In this document: positions 1 to 12,112 of the stretch, piece by piece | Numbering within the stretch: position 1 is the first letter of the stretch | Layout: each line of letters opens with the position of its first letter | Source: Lama guanicoe | Taxonomy: Eukaryota | Direction of reading: 5' to 3' | Assembly (NCBI GenBank): GCA_013239625.1 | Contig: MU054391.1 | Span: 1,428,001-1,484,754 of the forward strand | DNA: 56,754 nt | Translations under genes and position numbers: made by a program | Notes under the pieces: model-generated | Database searches by the model: none | What the model saw: only the letters and a program-made list of their open reading frames with translations | What the model was told of the DNA's origin: nothing

Positions 1-229
1 CGTCTGTGCAGGTCCCGTGCGCCTGTGCGCGAGCCGAGGGGGCCAGGATGACACAGGAGCCCCCGCAGAAGCGCAGAGCTGCCAGGCCGAGGTGGGGAGA
101 GACGGATGAAGGGGGCCGGGATGACTGTAGCCTCGGGGTGTAAGGCAGAAAGCTCCCATTTCTCTCCAAAGATTCCATCGCTGATCCCTGAATTGAACAA
201 TTTCACTAAACACACAAATAAGGAGAGGC

Positions 230-570
230 AGTTAACATCCACTTTAATAAATAATCGTTCCGCACTTTGACAAGCCAGACTCCGCTTAGGTCCTGGGGTG
301 GAGGGAGTGATGGGGGGACACGGGAAGATAAATAAGTCATAATCCTCGTCCTGGAGGAGCCCTCTGCCGCACACATGCATAATTCAAGGCAGACGGGCTG
401 CGTCTTAAAAGAGGAAGAAATGTTTATCCCCGACTGGGATCCAGCAGGGAGAACAAGGCACTTCATCTGCATCTTGAAGACAGAGGAGGGTTTCAGCTGG
501 GAGAGCAGGGGGAGATGAGAGGCTTTGCAGACAAAGAGCAGCGTGGAAAGGCAAGGAGGCAGGGAGGCAG
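230..570. mobile_element. Degraded L2 (LINE-2) fragment
   Basis: 'ataaataagtcataatcctcgtcctggaggagc' and the following purine-rich 'gaagacagaggagggtttcagctgg' resemble the common L2 3' relic; recognised from memory. Confidence 0.45.
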
Positions 571-675
571 GGCGGACCTCAGGGTGGTGCCAAGTCGGAT
601 GGCAGAGTGGGAGCCGGAGGGGCACGGGCGGCACGGGGGAACATGTGAAGCAGGGCTCGCCTCTGACGCCCCCTG

Positions 676-878
676 CCACACGCACACACGTACCTGTGCA
701 CCCGTGCACAACCCTCCCCCACAGGTGCACGCTCACATACCACAAATGCATATTCACCATGCACACGCATGCCTGCTCACAGACGTGCACACACACGCTC
801 ACAGTGTGCATGCACCCCCACCTGCATGCTCACACTCTCCTCACGCTCGCATGCACACCTGCTCACATGCACACGCAG
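676..878. repeat. Degenerate (CA)n/(TGCA) low-complexity tract
   Basis: Alternating cacacg/catgca runs; source of the His/Thr-rich ORFs here. Confidence 0.8.
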
Positions 879-1569
879 CGGGGAGCGCCCAAGCCCAGAG
901 CACTGGGCTCACGGCGCCCCGCTCCTCGCAGCAGCCGCCAGCCTGGGCCCCCAGCTCAGGGCGCAGGGAGCAGGCGCCCTGGGGTAACAAGGAGACGCTT
1001 GTCCAGAGGCCTCGACATGAACCCGGCGGCAGCCCTAACGCAGGTCTCAGGCGGAGGGTCATTCTTGGAGTGAGGGGTGCCTGCCTCTGTCCATCCCGGA
1101 GAAGAGGACACACGGAAAGCCAGCAGGAGAGGCCCTTCCACGCCCAGTCCCTCTCCTCCTCGCAGCCCACCCGCAAGGAGACGCTCACACGGACGCAGGC
1201 ACACCGGGGAACGTGGATGTGACCGAGACAGAGGTCCTCTGGGGCCCGGGCGGGAGGCTCCCGGGGAGGAGACCCCATGCGTCTTCCTCCTCCACCCCGC
1301 CTGGCCCTGTGGTGTCTGCACCTGCCCCTGGACGGGCCCTCGGGTGACAGTGGCCCAGCTTACCCAGTCCGGGACCCCCGCCCGGAGACACCCCACAGGG
1401 GATGGCGCGGGGTCTCAGGCTCTCCCCTTGACAGCCGAGTGGAACAGGCACCAGTCACACATCAGATACGCTCACCTCTCCATCGTCCACGGATGGGACA
1501 CACGCACGACACACACTCCTGAAACACAGGTGGGTTCCGGCAACCAGACAATGAAAAGGAGAGAAATAT

Positions 1570-2200
1570 GACAGGAAACAGGTAAGCCAGTCTCACATAC
1601 AAACACCAAAAGGCTAAACAAAATATTGCCGAACTGAGTAGAGGATGTTTTGAAAAATATCAAATAAGGTGTATACCACTAATGCAGGAATAATTCCCAA
1701 AGTACATTACTGTAATTTACCACGTTAATACACTAAAGGAGAAAAAATAATCACCCTAACAAACGCAGAACCAGCTGTTTGGTAAGATTACAAACCATTA
1801 GAGATGGGAGAGAAGTGATTCAAAAAAGAGGAAGAGACCGACCTTCCTAGTGGAGAAAGACAGCAAGGAGTAACCCAGAGCAAACCTCACGCTCACGCTG
1901 GAACTTCAGGGTTAGAAAGGCAACTGTAGTGGTTGCAAACGGTTTTCTTTACAGAATCATCCTTGCTTAGGGGGTTCCAGCCAGCTCGGTAACAAAAGAA
2001 ATAAAAAGATAATTGGAAAGAGGGAAATTCAACTGTCGTTATGCATAGGGGTACAGTTATCAATATATAAAATCAAAATAATTTCCAGAGACCACTTTAG
2101 AGCTTGCTGAAGACTTCAGCAAGGTTGCTAAATGCAAGACCAGGGCAGCAAAAGCAGTTACACAAGCAACAAGCAACAGAAAGTGCAGGTCTAAAGACAC
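1570..2200 (+). mobile_element. Ancient LINE-1 ORF2 (reverse transcriptase region) remnant
   Basis: 'ctaaacaaaatattgccgaac...ggtgtataccactaatgcaggaa...tttaccacgttaatacactaaaggagaaaaaataatc...aaacgcagaaccagctgtttggtaagattacaaaccatt' parallels the L1 RT segment LNKILANRIQ...GFIPGMQG...IHHINRLKEKNH...DAEKAFDKIQHP, with stops and indels. Confidence 0.85.
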
Positions 2201-2224
2201 CACTTATTTCTCACACGCCAACTG

Positions 2225-2720
2225 GGACGCAAAAACGACCCAGAAGCCAGCTCGCAGGGGGTCCCATTGGCTGAATTTGGAATTATCTGAACAGCAAAAT
2301 GAACAATGACAGAACAGATTGTAATTCTTTGAAGAAAAAAGAATTCATGAATCTGTTCTGATACGAAAATTATTTAAGAGTGGGGAAGGACTTCAAGACA
2401 GGAGAACGCTGACTGATGCCTAAGACAGACACGGCAGAATAGATCACGCTTTGCCTCCTGCACAGTCATCGTCCAAACACGACGCAGCAGTGGGCGCTAA
2501 AACCACGGGGCACAGGATTCCACTGAGTCTCAGAGAATCAGCCCCAGAACTTCTTGTTATCTACAAGGGGCAAAGACGCCTTTGTGATGGAGAACTCTGC
2601 CAAAGAGCACCTGAACCGGGTGGGCGGCGTCACACCCGGGAAGGAGGCAAGCTGACGGCAGGTGCCCCCAGCGTGGGGGACAGAGACGCACGTCACCTAC
2701 ATGCTCACCTGTCCCCGCAG
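2225..2720 (+). mobile_element. L1MC-type 3' UTR fragment
   Basis: 'agaagccagctcgcagggggtcccattggctgaatttggaattatctgaacagcaaaatgaacaatgac' resembles the L1MC3/4 3' end as recalled. Confidence 0.65.
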
Positions 2721-2957
2721 GTCCGCTGTCCAGCCGGCAGCTCGACCGTCTCAGAAACAGCTCGGCCCACAGTGCAGGCCCTGATCAGCTCCTAAATCAG
2801 GTCAGAGGGGAAGAGGTGACAACTAATATGATTGGACGGTCAGCAACATGTGACACGGATTACGTACTGGAGGACAGCAAAGGTGGTAAATTTCCCAAGT
2901 GAGATAATCAGGGTGCTCTTAGCTGACGCAGCTGGAGGGGCACGATGCCTGCAAAAT

Positions 2958-3218
2958 GCGTGTGTATATGTGTGTGTGTATGTATGTATATACGTGTGTA
3001 TATGTGTATGTGTGTATGTGTGTATTTCTATGTGTATATATGTGTGTATATACATGTGTCTATGTGTGTTATGTGTGTATATATGTGTGTATGTGTGTGT
3101 TTATGTGTGTTTCTATGTGTGTATATGTGTTTACATGTGTGTGTGTTGTGTGTGTATATGTATGTGCATATGTGTGTGTGTATATGTGTGTGTGTGTGGA
3201 GAGAGAGACAGACAGACA
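2958..3218. repeat. Compound (TG/TA)n microsatellite ending in (GA/GACA)n
   Basis: About 240 bp of tgtgtatatg variants seen directly. Confidence 0.95.
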
Positions 3219-6059
3219 CAAGTGGGGAAGGAGAGGGAGTGACGTGACTGGACACTCAGGGACATGGCCCTGGGTGCAGGCCCCTGGGTGCTCACTGGCT
3301 ACACCACTGACCTTCCTCTGGGCTTTAATTTTTCAAAAAGTAGGAAATGAAAAGACGCTATTTAAACAGCAAAAAGAAAAAAGATCTCCAGCAAGAAATG
3401 TGATTTGAAACACTTCAAGGCCCTTATAGAGCAGATTACGCAGCCTTACTGAAAAGATAAAAAGGTAAATAAATGTGTGTGTGCTGACAAGGACTCTCCC
3501 TTGACCCAGCCCTAGCCCGACCCTCGGAGCCGGCTTCCCACTAGGCCTCAGCCCGGGCCTCTGAGACCTGGACAAATGCTAGCGCAGTTCTAACAGCTCA
3601 AGGCCACGTCCCTGTCATGAGCCTCGGCCCCTGCGCTGTGTGTGAAAACCCAAGGTGGCTGGAAGAAGTAACCGTGCTCCAGCGGACACTGAGGACGGGC
3701 CCAGAGTCCCAGCCTCTGTGGGGGACCAGGGCCCAACCTCAGTGAGCCACTTAGCACACCCGTGCGGTTTCCACGGGGACAGCCTCTCCTTCCGGACTTC
3801 TGTGACTTCCACTTCCTGACTCTCCCGGGCCCCCACTCACCCCCTCCCTGATCCCCAGGCCTCCCTGGGAAACCCCAGCCACCTCTGCACACACACAGCG
3901 GGGTTCCCCAGGACCAGCCGGACCCCCAAAACAATCAAACACAGCTTTGCGCAACGGCACACGTCAGTCTCAGCGACAAAACGGTCAGTGGGGACGGCGT
4001 GTTTGTGCCGGACTCGTTCAGAATTGCTCGTTTTATTTACAGGTCAAATCAGCAGGACCAAACAGCTGCAAGTTCGCAGACTGTCGTCCCTCGAAGGCAA
4101 GGCAGGAACCGGGTGACGCAAGACGTGGAAGGTGGGCTGCCTGTCCTCGTGGCGGGGGGGTGCCCGGTGCCCCGAGTCCTTCACAGTCCGGGTAACATCC
4201 CGTCCCTTAAGTTCCTGGTGGGCTCAGTTTATTCTTTAAGCTGCACATGTAAGTTCTGTGCATCGGGTCGGGGTGGGCCATCTGGCCCTGCGCAGCTGAT
4301 CCTCGCAGACCTCCTCTGGGCGTCCGCACCACGGCCGGGACAACTCCAGGCATCATGTCTGCAGCTTCTGGGACCCGAATGGGAACAGGAAGGATGGGAA
4401 TCGCCCTGGTCCCCGGCGGCTAGCTGCGCTCTCCGGGGTGCTTCCTGGGACCCGACGCAGCGTCTCCTCCCGCTCCCTCTGGGGACCCACCCCCCACCTG
4501 CTTCTCTCTTCTCATCTCCCAAGCCTCGGCAGGCCTCCTTCCATCCTGGGATGAAGCCTCACCCCCCACAGCGTGTGCCCCAAATTCCCGACTTCGTCTC
4601 CCCGCTCAAGGTTTACCCGCCAGGAAGGAAACAAGCCCAGGAGATTCACACCGTCTCCCCCTCCCGCCCCGGCCTCCCCCGCCCCTGCTCAGACCAGACA
4701 GGGCTCGAACGAGACGGCGGGGCGGGCGCAGTAAGGAGAAAGCAGGCAGGCTGAAGCCCCCGTGGGGTGGGGGGTCCCAGCTCCGACGGGAATGGACCCG
4801 TCTAGGGGCGGGTTTCAGCTCCCGATGACTCTGCCACGTGCTTGGGTACGCGGGATAAGATGCCCAGAAACACTTCCTATGCGGCTCAAGGAAACCCACG
4901 GCAGGGGTTGTCTGGACCCCATGAAACGTGCGTGGAGGGGACGCAGGCCAGCTCTGGCCACCCTCCCTGAGCCTGCAGCGAGCGCAGGGACAGCGGGTGT
5001 CGGGAGAGGGGGGCAGGAGCTACCCTGAGAGCGGTTCCGGAGTCCACGGGAGGCGGGGGGTGGGAGCTGCTGGAGCAAAACAGCATTTAAGAAACAGCAG
5101 GTTGAGAAGGACAGAGGACTGTCACCTTCCCAGAGGAGCCGGGTTGTGTCTCCCCACTGGGGTAAACCTGGCGAATTTTCAGGCCACGGGAAAGGAGAGG
5201 GGAGGTGAGGAAAGACAGACGGTGCAGGGGATCACCGTCGGAGGAAGGAGGAGAGGGCTGAGGGGCAAGGCGGGTGTTGAGGCGGGAGACGCTCTGCGGG
5301 GGAATGCTGACCACCGGTCACTCAGAGCACAGAGTCGCTTGTACCTTTTGCCACTAGACACCTCTGATGTTTTTGTTGGTATCACCAGGCCAGCCCTGCC
5401 CAGTGGCCACGTCACCTCAAGTCAGAGCACGAGTGAACCTCGGGTTCCAGGACGCCTTGGCCATGGCGCGGACCATTGCTGAGTGATGGTGACGAAAAGG
5501 TCACTTATCTGGGGCCTTTCCAATCCCATCAACGGTTGTGCAGCAGAGGGAGGGGGTGGGATCCAGGGAACAGGAAGAAAAATGTTTTCCTGGGGGGCAA
5601 GAGCAAAGGGAGGAGGGTGGAGGGGGGCGGAGGGACCCCCTCCAAGAGGTCCAGCCCCCGTGTGAGCACAGGGGCTGGTCTCCTTCCGTGGGAGAGCCTC
5701 CGCTCGGCCGGAGGATTTGGGAAACTTGGGACAATGTGGGAGCGCCAGGCCTGAGGAGGGTCAGGTGGTCACGTGATGGGCATCGAGGCTGTCAGGGTGT
5801 CAGGGGTGCCTGTAGACAGACCGGGGCTTCCTCCACGCGGGTCCCGCAGGCCCACTCCCCCCATCTCTGGCCTAGACCCTGCGGTCTCCCGTTGCTCTGC
5901 CCCAGAACCGACGTGTACTTTCGTCAGGTCCCTCGATGCCTTAAACACCCTTTTCAGCTTTAACACGTTAATAAGTTGAATTAAACGTGTTATTTTACTG
6001 GCGATCGGGTCCTTTTCCTGGCCGTCAACTTCACGTGTGTGGTCGGGAAAGACACTTAC

Positions 6060-6203
6060 TGCATCCGGAGAAGAATTCGTAAGTGTCCTGGCCGGCAGAT
6101 GCCTCATCACAGCTGAGTGTTTCTCCTCCACCACAGAATCATCACAGAGGAAGGAAACACAGACTAGAATAGTGTGGTGTGTCTGCAGAGAGTTCTTCAA
6201 AAG
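6060..6203 (-). other. Candidate internal exon (144 nt, stop-free in phase 0-0) of an unidentified minus-strand transcript
   Basis: Acceptor gctttatttag|CTT and donor GCA|gtaagt; translates LLKNSLQTHHTILVCVSFLCDDSVVEEKHSAVMRHLPARTLTNSSPDA, not a recognised protein. Confidence 0.3.
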
Positions 6204-6698
6204 CTAAATAAAGCTGTGGAATTAAAGAGGAGACTCGAGTTTGACTCACAGTGGGCGCACAGACCCAGGTGGGGAGATGAGGGCTGGGAAGGGCTCACTT
6301 GTTACGCAGTGATGTTTGCTCACGTCTTATCCCAAACGCCTGCATCTAAGCAGTAGAGGCGTCTCTCTCCTGCCCTTGGCAGAGAACTGAAGCCCCACGG
6401 CAGTCACGGAAAGACCGAAATAAAACAAAATCTGCATAAACAACCTCAGCTCCCAGCGGCTCCGAGGCACAGCTGCTCGGTCTGCAGGGTGGACGGGGGT
6501 GCGAGCCTGGCCCCCAGCAGGACCAGGAAGCGCGCAGGAAGTCCTGCACTGACGGGGAGGGGAGGGGGTACACTGAGAAAAGGCTTTGAATTTTAGACAC
6601 ACACACACAAGCCCACCAGTGAGTGGAGTTTGAGATCAGTATTTTGTAATAGAGACAAAACACGCATCTCAAGCCCCACTCACTGGTTCAGAACTTAC

Positions 6699-6819
6699 CT
6701 TCGTCCTGGGACGATTGTCATCGTGTCCTAACTCATGTTTCTGCTGCCAGGAACCTTCCCCCAGGAAGTGCTCTGCATCCCGCTGCCAGAGCGCCGTTGC
6801 CAACCGGCAGAGGTTCCAC
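6699..6819 (-). other. Candidate exon (121 nt) of an unidentified minus-strand transcript
   Basis: Consensus donor AAG|gtaagt and weaker acceptor ctgaaccccag|G; one frame is open and joins in phase with 6060-6203. Confidence 0.3.
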
Positions 6820-7064
6820 CTGGGGTTCAGCCCGCGTTCGTGGCCCAGCTCTGACCACGGACCACCGCTGTGACCTTGAGCGAGCTAAACCCACAGCTGG
6901 GCTCTCTCCTCATCGCTGGAGGGAGCGCGGAGCACCTGCTCCGAGGAGAGCTGAGCTGAGGGAACCAGAAAGGGCTTCTGCAGAGCCTGGCGCAGAGTCA
7001 GTTACCAGTCCAGCTCCTGCGGCCAGGAAGACAGAGGGGCGAGCCTTTCCCCATTCTGCCCATT

Positions 7065-7500
7065 AAGTGAAAAACAAAACAAAACAAAAGCCCTGGACGT
7101 TAAGAACAAAACAAACCAAAGGAGGCTCTGAAAGGTGAGGAGAAGAGGGCAGACCCGCCAGGGCCCTCAGGACCAGGATATCAACACTGTGGAGAGTTCC
7201 CGGGGTCTTCATTTTGCCTCCAATGTCCCAGACTTAGAGCTGAAGGAGCCAGAAACCTGGAAATGCCAATGGACACTGACTGAGAAGCAGGAGCCAGAAA
7301 ATAGCCCCTGAAACTTGAAGGCCCCCCGTGATCACCGCCTGCCGTCAGGAAACAGCCGGAGCCCAGGAGAAGCCAGCCCTGCCTGCAGATTCTCCCCCAG
7401 ATTCTGCCCGGGGGTCTGAGCCCGGCTGCCGGCCTTCACGGTCTCGGCGGCACAACTGCTGACTCACGGCGATCACGGGGCAGGGAGATGGCCAGTGTGC
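7065..7500 (+). mobile_element. Probable old LINE-1 (L1M) 5' region fragment
   Basis: 'gaggctctgaaaggtgaggagaagagggcagac...agacttagagctgaaggagccagaaacctggaaatgccaatggac' resembles L1M 5' UTR relics. Confidence 0.45.
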
Positions 7501-9211
7501 CCCCCTGGCCCGGGCGTGTTATTCCTCCATCTCCTCGTGGGGTGGTGACCTTGTGACTCGGGAACCAAGTCAGTTACTCCTGCCGACACAGAGGCTCCCT
7601 CCTCTCCTTGTTGGGAGGTGACGGGAGGTGAGATCGGGGAGGCGCTGAGGCCCTGGGGGCCAGGCACCCAGCTGAGGGGTGACCGACCTGAGTGACCTGG
7701 GTGCCCCGGTGCTTCGTGTGGAACCAAATGAGCAGGGAAGCAGGAATGACAGGGGTGCTGCCATGATCTGCAAAGCAGACAGTGGGGTGGGCGCTGGGTC
7801 CCGCCGGGAGCCGGCGGAGAGCTGGGCACCCCCACTCTCCTCCCATGGCCCACGGCTGGGCCAGGGCACTGCCACCTGGAGCCCAGGTCTCGAGCAGGCA
7901 CCTTATTCACCCTCACACAGGACCCACGGGGCAGCAGGATGAGCCATGCCGCACAGAGAGGAAAACTGAGCTCCACAGAGTTCAGGAACCACGAAGGCCA
8001 CACAGCCCGTAAATAGCAGGAGCGTGGGGCACGTGTGGGGTCCCGACCCCACCGCGTGGCGCCTCATGGCCCTGCAAGCCGGGGAGAAAGAGCGCGGCGG
8101 CTCCTGATCAACACGGAAGAGCCGGGGCATCCCAGGGCCTGCTCGGATGACCGATTCCTCCCCGAAGACAAGCACGACAGGTGCCCGTCCTAAACCCCCG
8201 GAGGGGAGCTTGCTCCCTGCAGCGGAGGCCGAGCCCCATGGACTCCAGGGGAAACGGGCACGTCATGAAAATGAGCGTGAACCTGAACAGTCCCGGCAGC
8301 CCCGGCGTTCGCACCGGCGGGGCTTCCTTCCCTGCGGCCCTCCCGGGGGCTCCCCGAGGGACCGTCTGCACCCTCGTCCCGCAGAGCGGGAGAGCGGTGC
8401 GGCTCCCCGCCAGCCCCGGGCCTCCGGGACGGGCTGAGCACGCCCGAGCTGTGAGCAAAGAGCGGGACCCCTCCGACAAGGGGCGAGTCTTCCTGTGGCG
8501 GAGAGAGACTTTCCAAAGGGAAGATCGTATTTCTTAAGTCGTAACAACGTGAGGATTTTTTTAAAAATCTAAGGAATTAGCTGTGTTCTTACTTCACCCA
8601 GATGTTTTCTAGACTCTTCAACGGAGGCGCCCGGTGGTCAGAACAAAGGTAGGCCTGGAGGGGGTCTGGCTCGTGAACCCACGCCCGGGTGGCGGGCCCA
8701 CCAGACCGAGCCGTCCCCGAGTCCAGTCTGCAAATGTCTGCAGCGCCCTGTCTTAACCGGGCCCCAGGAGCAGACGCAGCCCCCGGGAGACGCCCGCAGC
8801 GCCCTTCGGCCCGGGAAGGCACAGGGTGAGGCTGACTCGGGCCTCAGGCTCCGGGCTGCGGCTCCACCCGCGCGGAGCCCCCGTGCGCAAGAGCAACGGT
8901 GCCCCGCGTCGCAGTCAGTCAGCGCAACAACCTAAAGAGCCTCGCTTTCTCTGTGCCTGGCTCCCAGGCCCAGACACCCCCGGCCATGCCCTCCTGCCGG
9001 CGCCGAAACCGCCAGCGCGATCAAGCGTGGAGGAAGGGACAGGTGCTTGCGGGCCCCCGGTTCTAAGGGTCTCTGGCTGTTAGCGATTTCGAAGCAAAAG
9101 TAGACTCCCATCTGTTGCCTTTGGCTTTTTTTTAATGTATATCTGCTGCCAGATCATAAAACAGAACTCAAGAAAGTGCAGGGAGTAATTTGGCGAGGCG
9201 TTTTTAAGCCT

Positions 9212-9334
9212 CTTTTGGGGGGAGAGGGAGGTAACGAGGCTTATTGATTAATTTATTTGACGGAAGCGCTGGGGATTGAACCCAGGACCCCATGCGTGTT
9301 CAGCACACGTTCTGCCGCTGAGCTACCCTCCCCC
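9212..9334 (-). mobile_element. Camelid tRNA-derived SINE (Vic-1 type)
   Basis: Reverse complement reads ggggagggtagctcagcggcagaacgtgtgctgaacacgcatggggtcctgggttcaatccccagcgcttcc..aaataaattaatcaataagcctcgttacctccc; Pol III A/B boxes visible. Confidence 0.9.
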
Positions 9335-9349
9335 ATCGGGGGGTGGTCT

Positions 9350-10155
9350 TTGCCAGCTTTGCTGAAGTGTGATTGACAAGTTAATCTGTAAGATATTTGG
9401 AGCGCACAGTGTGACGAAGTGATGCCCACATGCACCATGAAAGATCCCCACCACTGAGTTCACTCACGTACCCGCTGCCCCGCACGTGTCCCTGCTCTTT
9501 GGTTGGGGTGGACGTTCAGGGCCCACTCTGCTAGCAGGCTGCATTTATCCCGTACAGTGTGGTCCACTGCGGTCACGGTGCTGTGCATTAGACCTCTGAG
9601 CTCCTCAGCTGCTGCCCCTCCCTACCTCCCCACCACCCCAGCCCCCGGCAACCACTGCTCTGCTTTTCTGTTCCCACGAATCCCCTTCCTTTCAGAGCCC
9701 ACGTGTAAGTGACGCCACGCAGCGACTGCCCTGGGGGCCTGGCTCGTTTCACGCAGCGGAATGCCCTCTGGTTTCATCCATGTTGTAGCAAGTGACAAAC
9801 AAGATTTCCTTCCTTTTTTAAGGCTGAGTAGCACGTAGCTCTTTGAGATACTGGCTTTATTTCCTTCAGTTAAACGCCCAGGAGTGGACTGTCGGGTCAT
9901 CTGGGGGTGCCACGCTTAATTTCTCGAGGACGCCCCGCACTGTCTCCCACCAGCAGCGCACCAGGGCTCCCCTCTCTCCACGGCCTCGCCAGCGCTCACT
10001 GTCTTTTTGGTGACGGCCGTTCTGACAGGTGTGAGGTGCATCTCGCTGTGGCTTGGATTTGCATTTCCCTGATGGCCAGGGGCGGGAGCACCTTTCCATT
10101 GTCCTTGGCCATCTGCACGTCTTCTTTGGAGAAATGTCTGCTCAGGTCCTTTGCT
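9350..10155 (-). mobile_element. LINE-1 3' end (ORF2 C-terminus plus 3' UTR), antisense
   Basis: 'tctgacaggtgtgaggtgcatctcgctgtggcttggatttgcatttccctgat', 'ttcatccatgttgtagca' and 'tcttctttggagaaatgtctg' are antisense L1 ORF2/3'UTR hallmarks. Confidence 0.9.
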
Positions 10156-10445
10156 CGAATCCAAGGTCACGGATTTGAACAAAGCACAGGCAACAAGAGG
10201 GAGACTGGACAAACCAGGTGCCAGCAGGTTAACCCTGCGGTGCCCCGGGGCACCACGGAGAGTGCCGCCCAGTGCGCAGGAGGGGGCCGTATTTGCAGTT
10301 CACGTGTCTAGGAAGGACCTGCTCTCCAGAATCTATGAAGAGCTCCTACAGCTCAAAAGCAAAACTCCAATAACCCAATTAGAAGAGACGGACAAAGGTT
10401 TTGAATAAATTTTTCTCCAAAGAAGAGACACAGATGGGCAGGGAG
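10156..10445 (+). mobile_element. LINE-1 ORF2 segment in sense orientation (inverted 5' part of the preceding element)
   Basis: Translates ..VFAVHVSRKDLLSRIYEELLQLKSKTPITQL, matching L1 ORF2 IFANHISDKGLISRIYKELLQLN. Confidence 0.85.
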
Positions 10446-11295
10446 CACACGGAGAGATGCTCGGGGCTGGCAGACCCTCCCCAGAGGTGGGGGTGGCACC
10501 ACGGCAGCCAGGTGAGGAGGGCGGCAGGTGCCGGGGGCCCTGGCCAGCACCCCTCCCTCCCGTGTCTGGTGAGGGCGTAGCAGGTTGACTAACCAGTTCT
10601 GGTGTCAGCCGGCTCTGGTTGGGGACAGGAGGGTTAAGAGGATTTTCCTGGCCCAGAATGCTGGGAGGACTGGCCACGGCCAGAGTGGACGAGACCTGTC
10701 ATGAGGGGTGAATCTGGACTCAGCTGGGTTCCCTTCACCCACGCGGCAGCACCTTGAACAGGACGTATTGAAGCTTCTCGGGGACCCAGCTGTCCGCCAG
10801 TCGCGCAGGACCTGTGAGATGTGCACCAGGAGATGGAGGGCCATCACTGGCACGCGGGTGAGCCCCTGGGACAGGAAGCAGCCATCCCCAGCCCTGGCTG
10901 GCCGCCAAGTCGGCGAGGAGCACAGGCCCCAGGCAGACACGCGGGGCCCCTCCTCCACGCTGGCTCCGAAGCGCTGGGGACACGGCGCCCAGGCTGCCTG
11001 GCACGTGCCCCTTCTCCCCTGTGCGAGTCCCAGAAACCCCTCAAAGCCGGGGCTAGCCACGCAGGGTGAATAAGCGAGGCTATCAACTAGAATGGAGGTT
11101 CCAGAGGCAGGGACTTCAGATGTTTTCCCACTGCTGCATCCCCACGCGCTGAACAGTGCCACAAACAGGTGGCACTCGGTATTTCACGGTGGACGCTTGA
11201 CAAGTGTCCGCTGAACAAATACATGAATTAAATGTGCAGTGCGTGCACAAGGGGAGGGGTCTGTGTCTGTGTGTGTGGTCTCTGTATGGGGCGTG

Positions 11296-11296
<1 letters not shown>

Positions 11297-11325
<29 letters not shown>
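11297..11325. repeat. (TG)n microsatellite
   Basis: Perfect tg run seen directly. Confidence 0.95.
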
Positions 11326-11327
<2 letters not shown>

Positions 11328-11807
11328 TGTAGTCTGTGCGTGCTGTGGTCTGTGTGTGCACAGAGGCGAGGTCAGCTCCTCCTTCTGCACTCATGGGCTG
11401 AAAGCCAGTTTGGCTCTGCCCTCAGTCCTGCGGTGGGGACAAGTGCTCTATTTGGGGCCCTCGTTGGTGTAGACTGTGGCGGGTACATGAGACGGACGTC
11501 CGGGGAGGGGGGTAATAAATATTAGCATCCTGTCATCTTCAGGATTATCAGTACCACCCCTACTGCTTCCGCCGGAAGGGCCTCACGCTCTGCCTCCCAC
11601 CTGGGCCTCCCACCTGCACCCTAGGGCATCTCCCTGCAGAGCCGCCCAACCTCCCCAGGGCAGACGCCCTCCCTCCATACCCTCCCGGGGCCTCGCTTAC
11701 CCTCAGAGCATCCCCTCCTACCTCCTTCCCTGCACCATGGCCACTCAGGACAGGACTATCCCTGATGCCCGAGCCCCAGGTCCTAGCAGAGAATCTGCCA
11801 CAGAGGG

Positions 11808-12112
11808 GTGTGCCGTGCAGGTGTGTGGTGCAAGTGTGCCGTGCAGGTGTGCAGTACGGGTATGCCGTGCGGGTGTGCCATGCGGGTGTGCAGTGCGGGT
11901 GTGCCGTGCGGGTGTGCAGTATGGGTGTGCCGTGCAGGTGTGCAGTACGGGTGTGCCGTGTGGGTGTGCCGTGTGGGTGTGCCGTGCAGGTGTGCCGTAC
12001 GGGTGTGCCGTGTGGGTGTGCCGTGCGGGTGTGCCATGTGGGTGTGCAGTACGGATGTGCCGTGCGGGTGTGCCGTGCAGGTGTGCAGTACAGGTGTGCC
12101 GTGCAGGTGTGC
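11808..12112. repeat. 13-bp minisatellite, about 23.5 copies, consensus GTGTGCCGTGCGG
   Basis: Units gtgtgccgtgcag / gtgtgcagtacgg / gtgtgccgtgtgg counted in register from 11808. Confidence 0.97.

Noticed and set aside
2832..3408. Cys/Val/Tyr-rich ORFs (also 11560-12219 and 18176-18384)
   Set aside because: Translations of microsatellites and minisatellites
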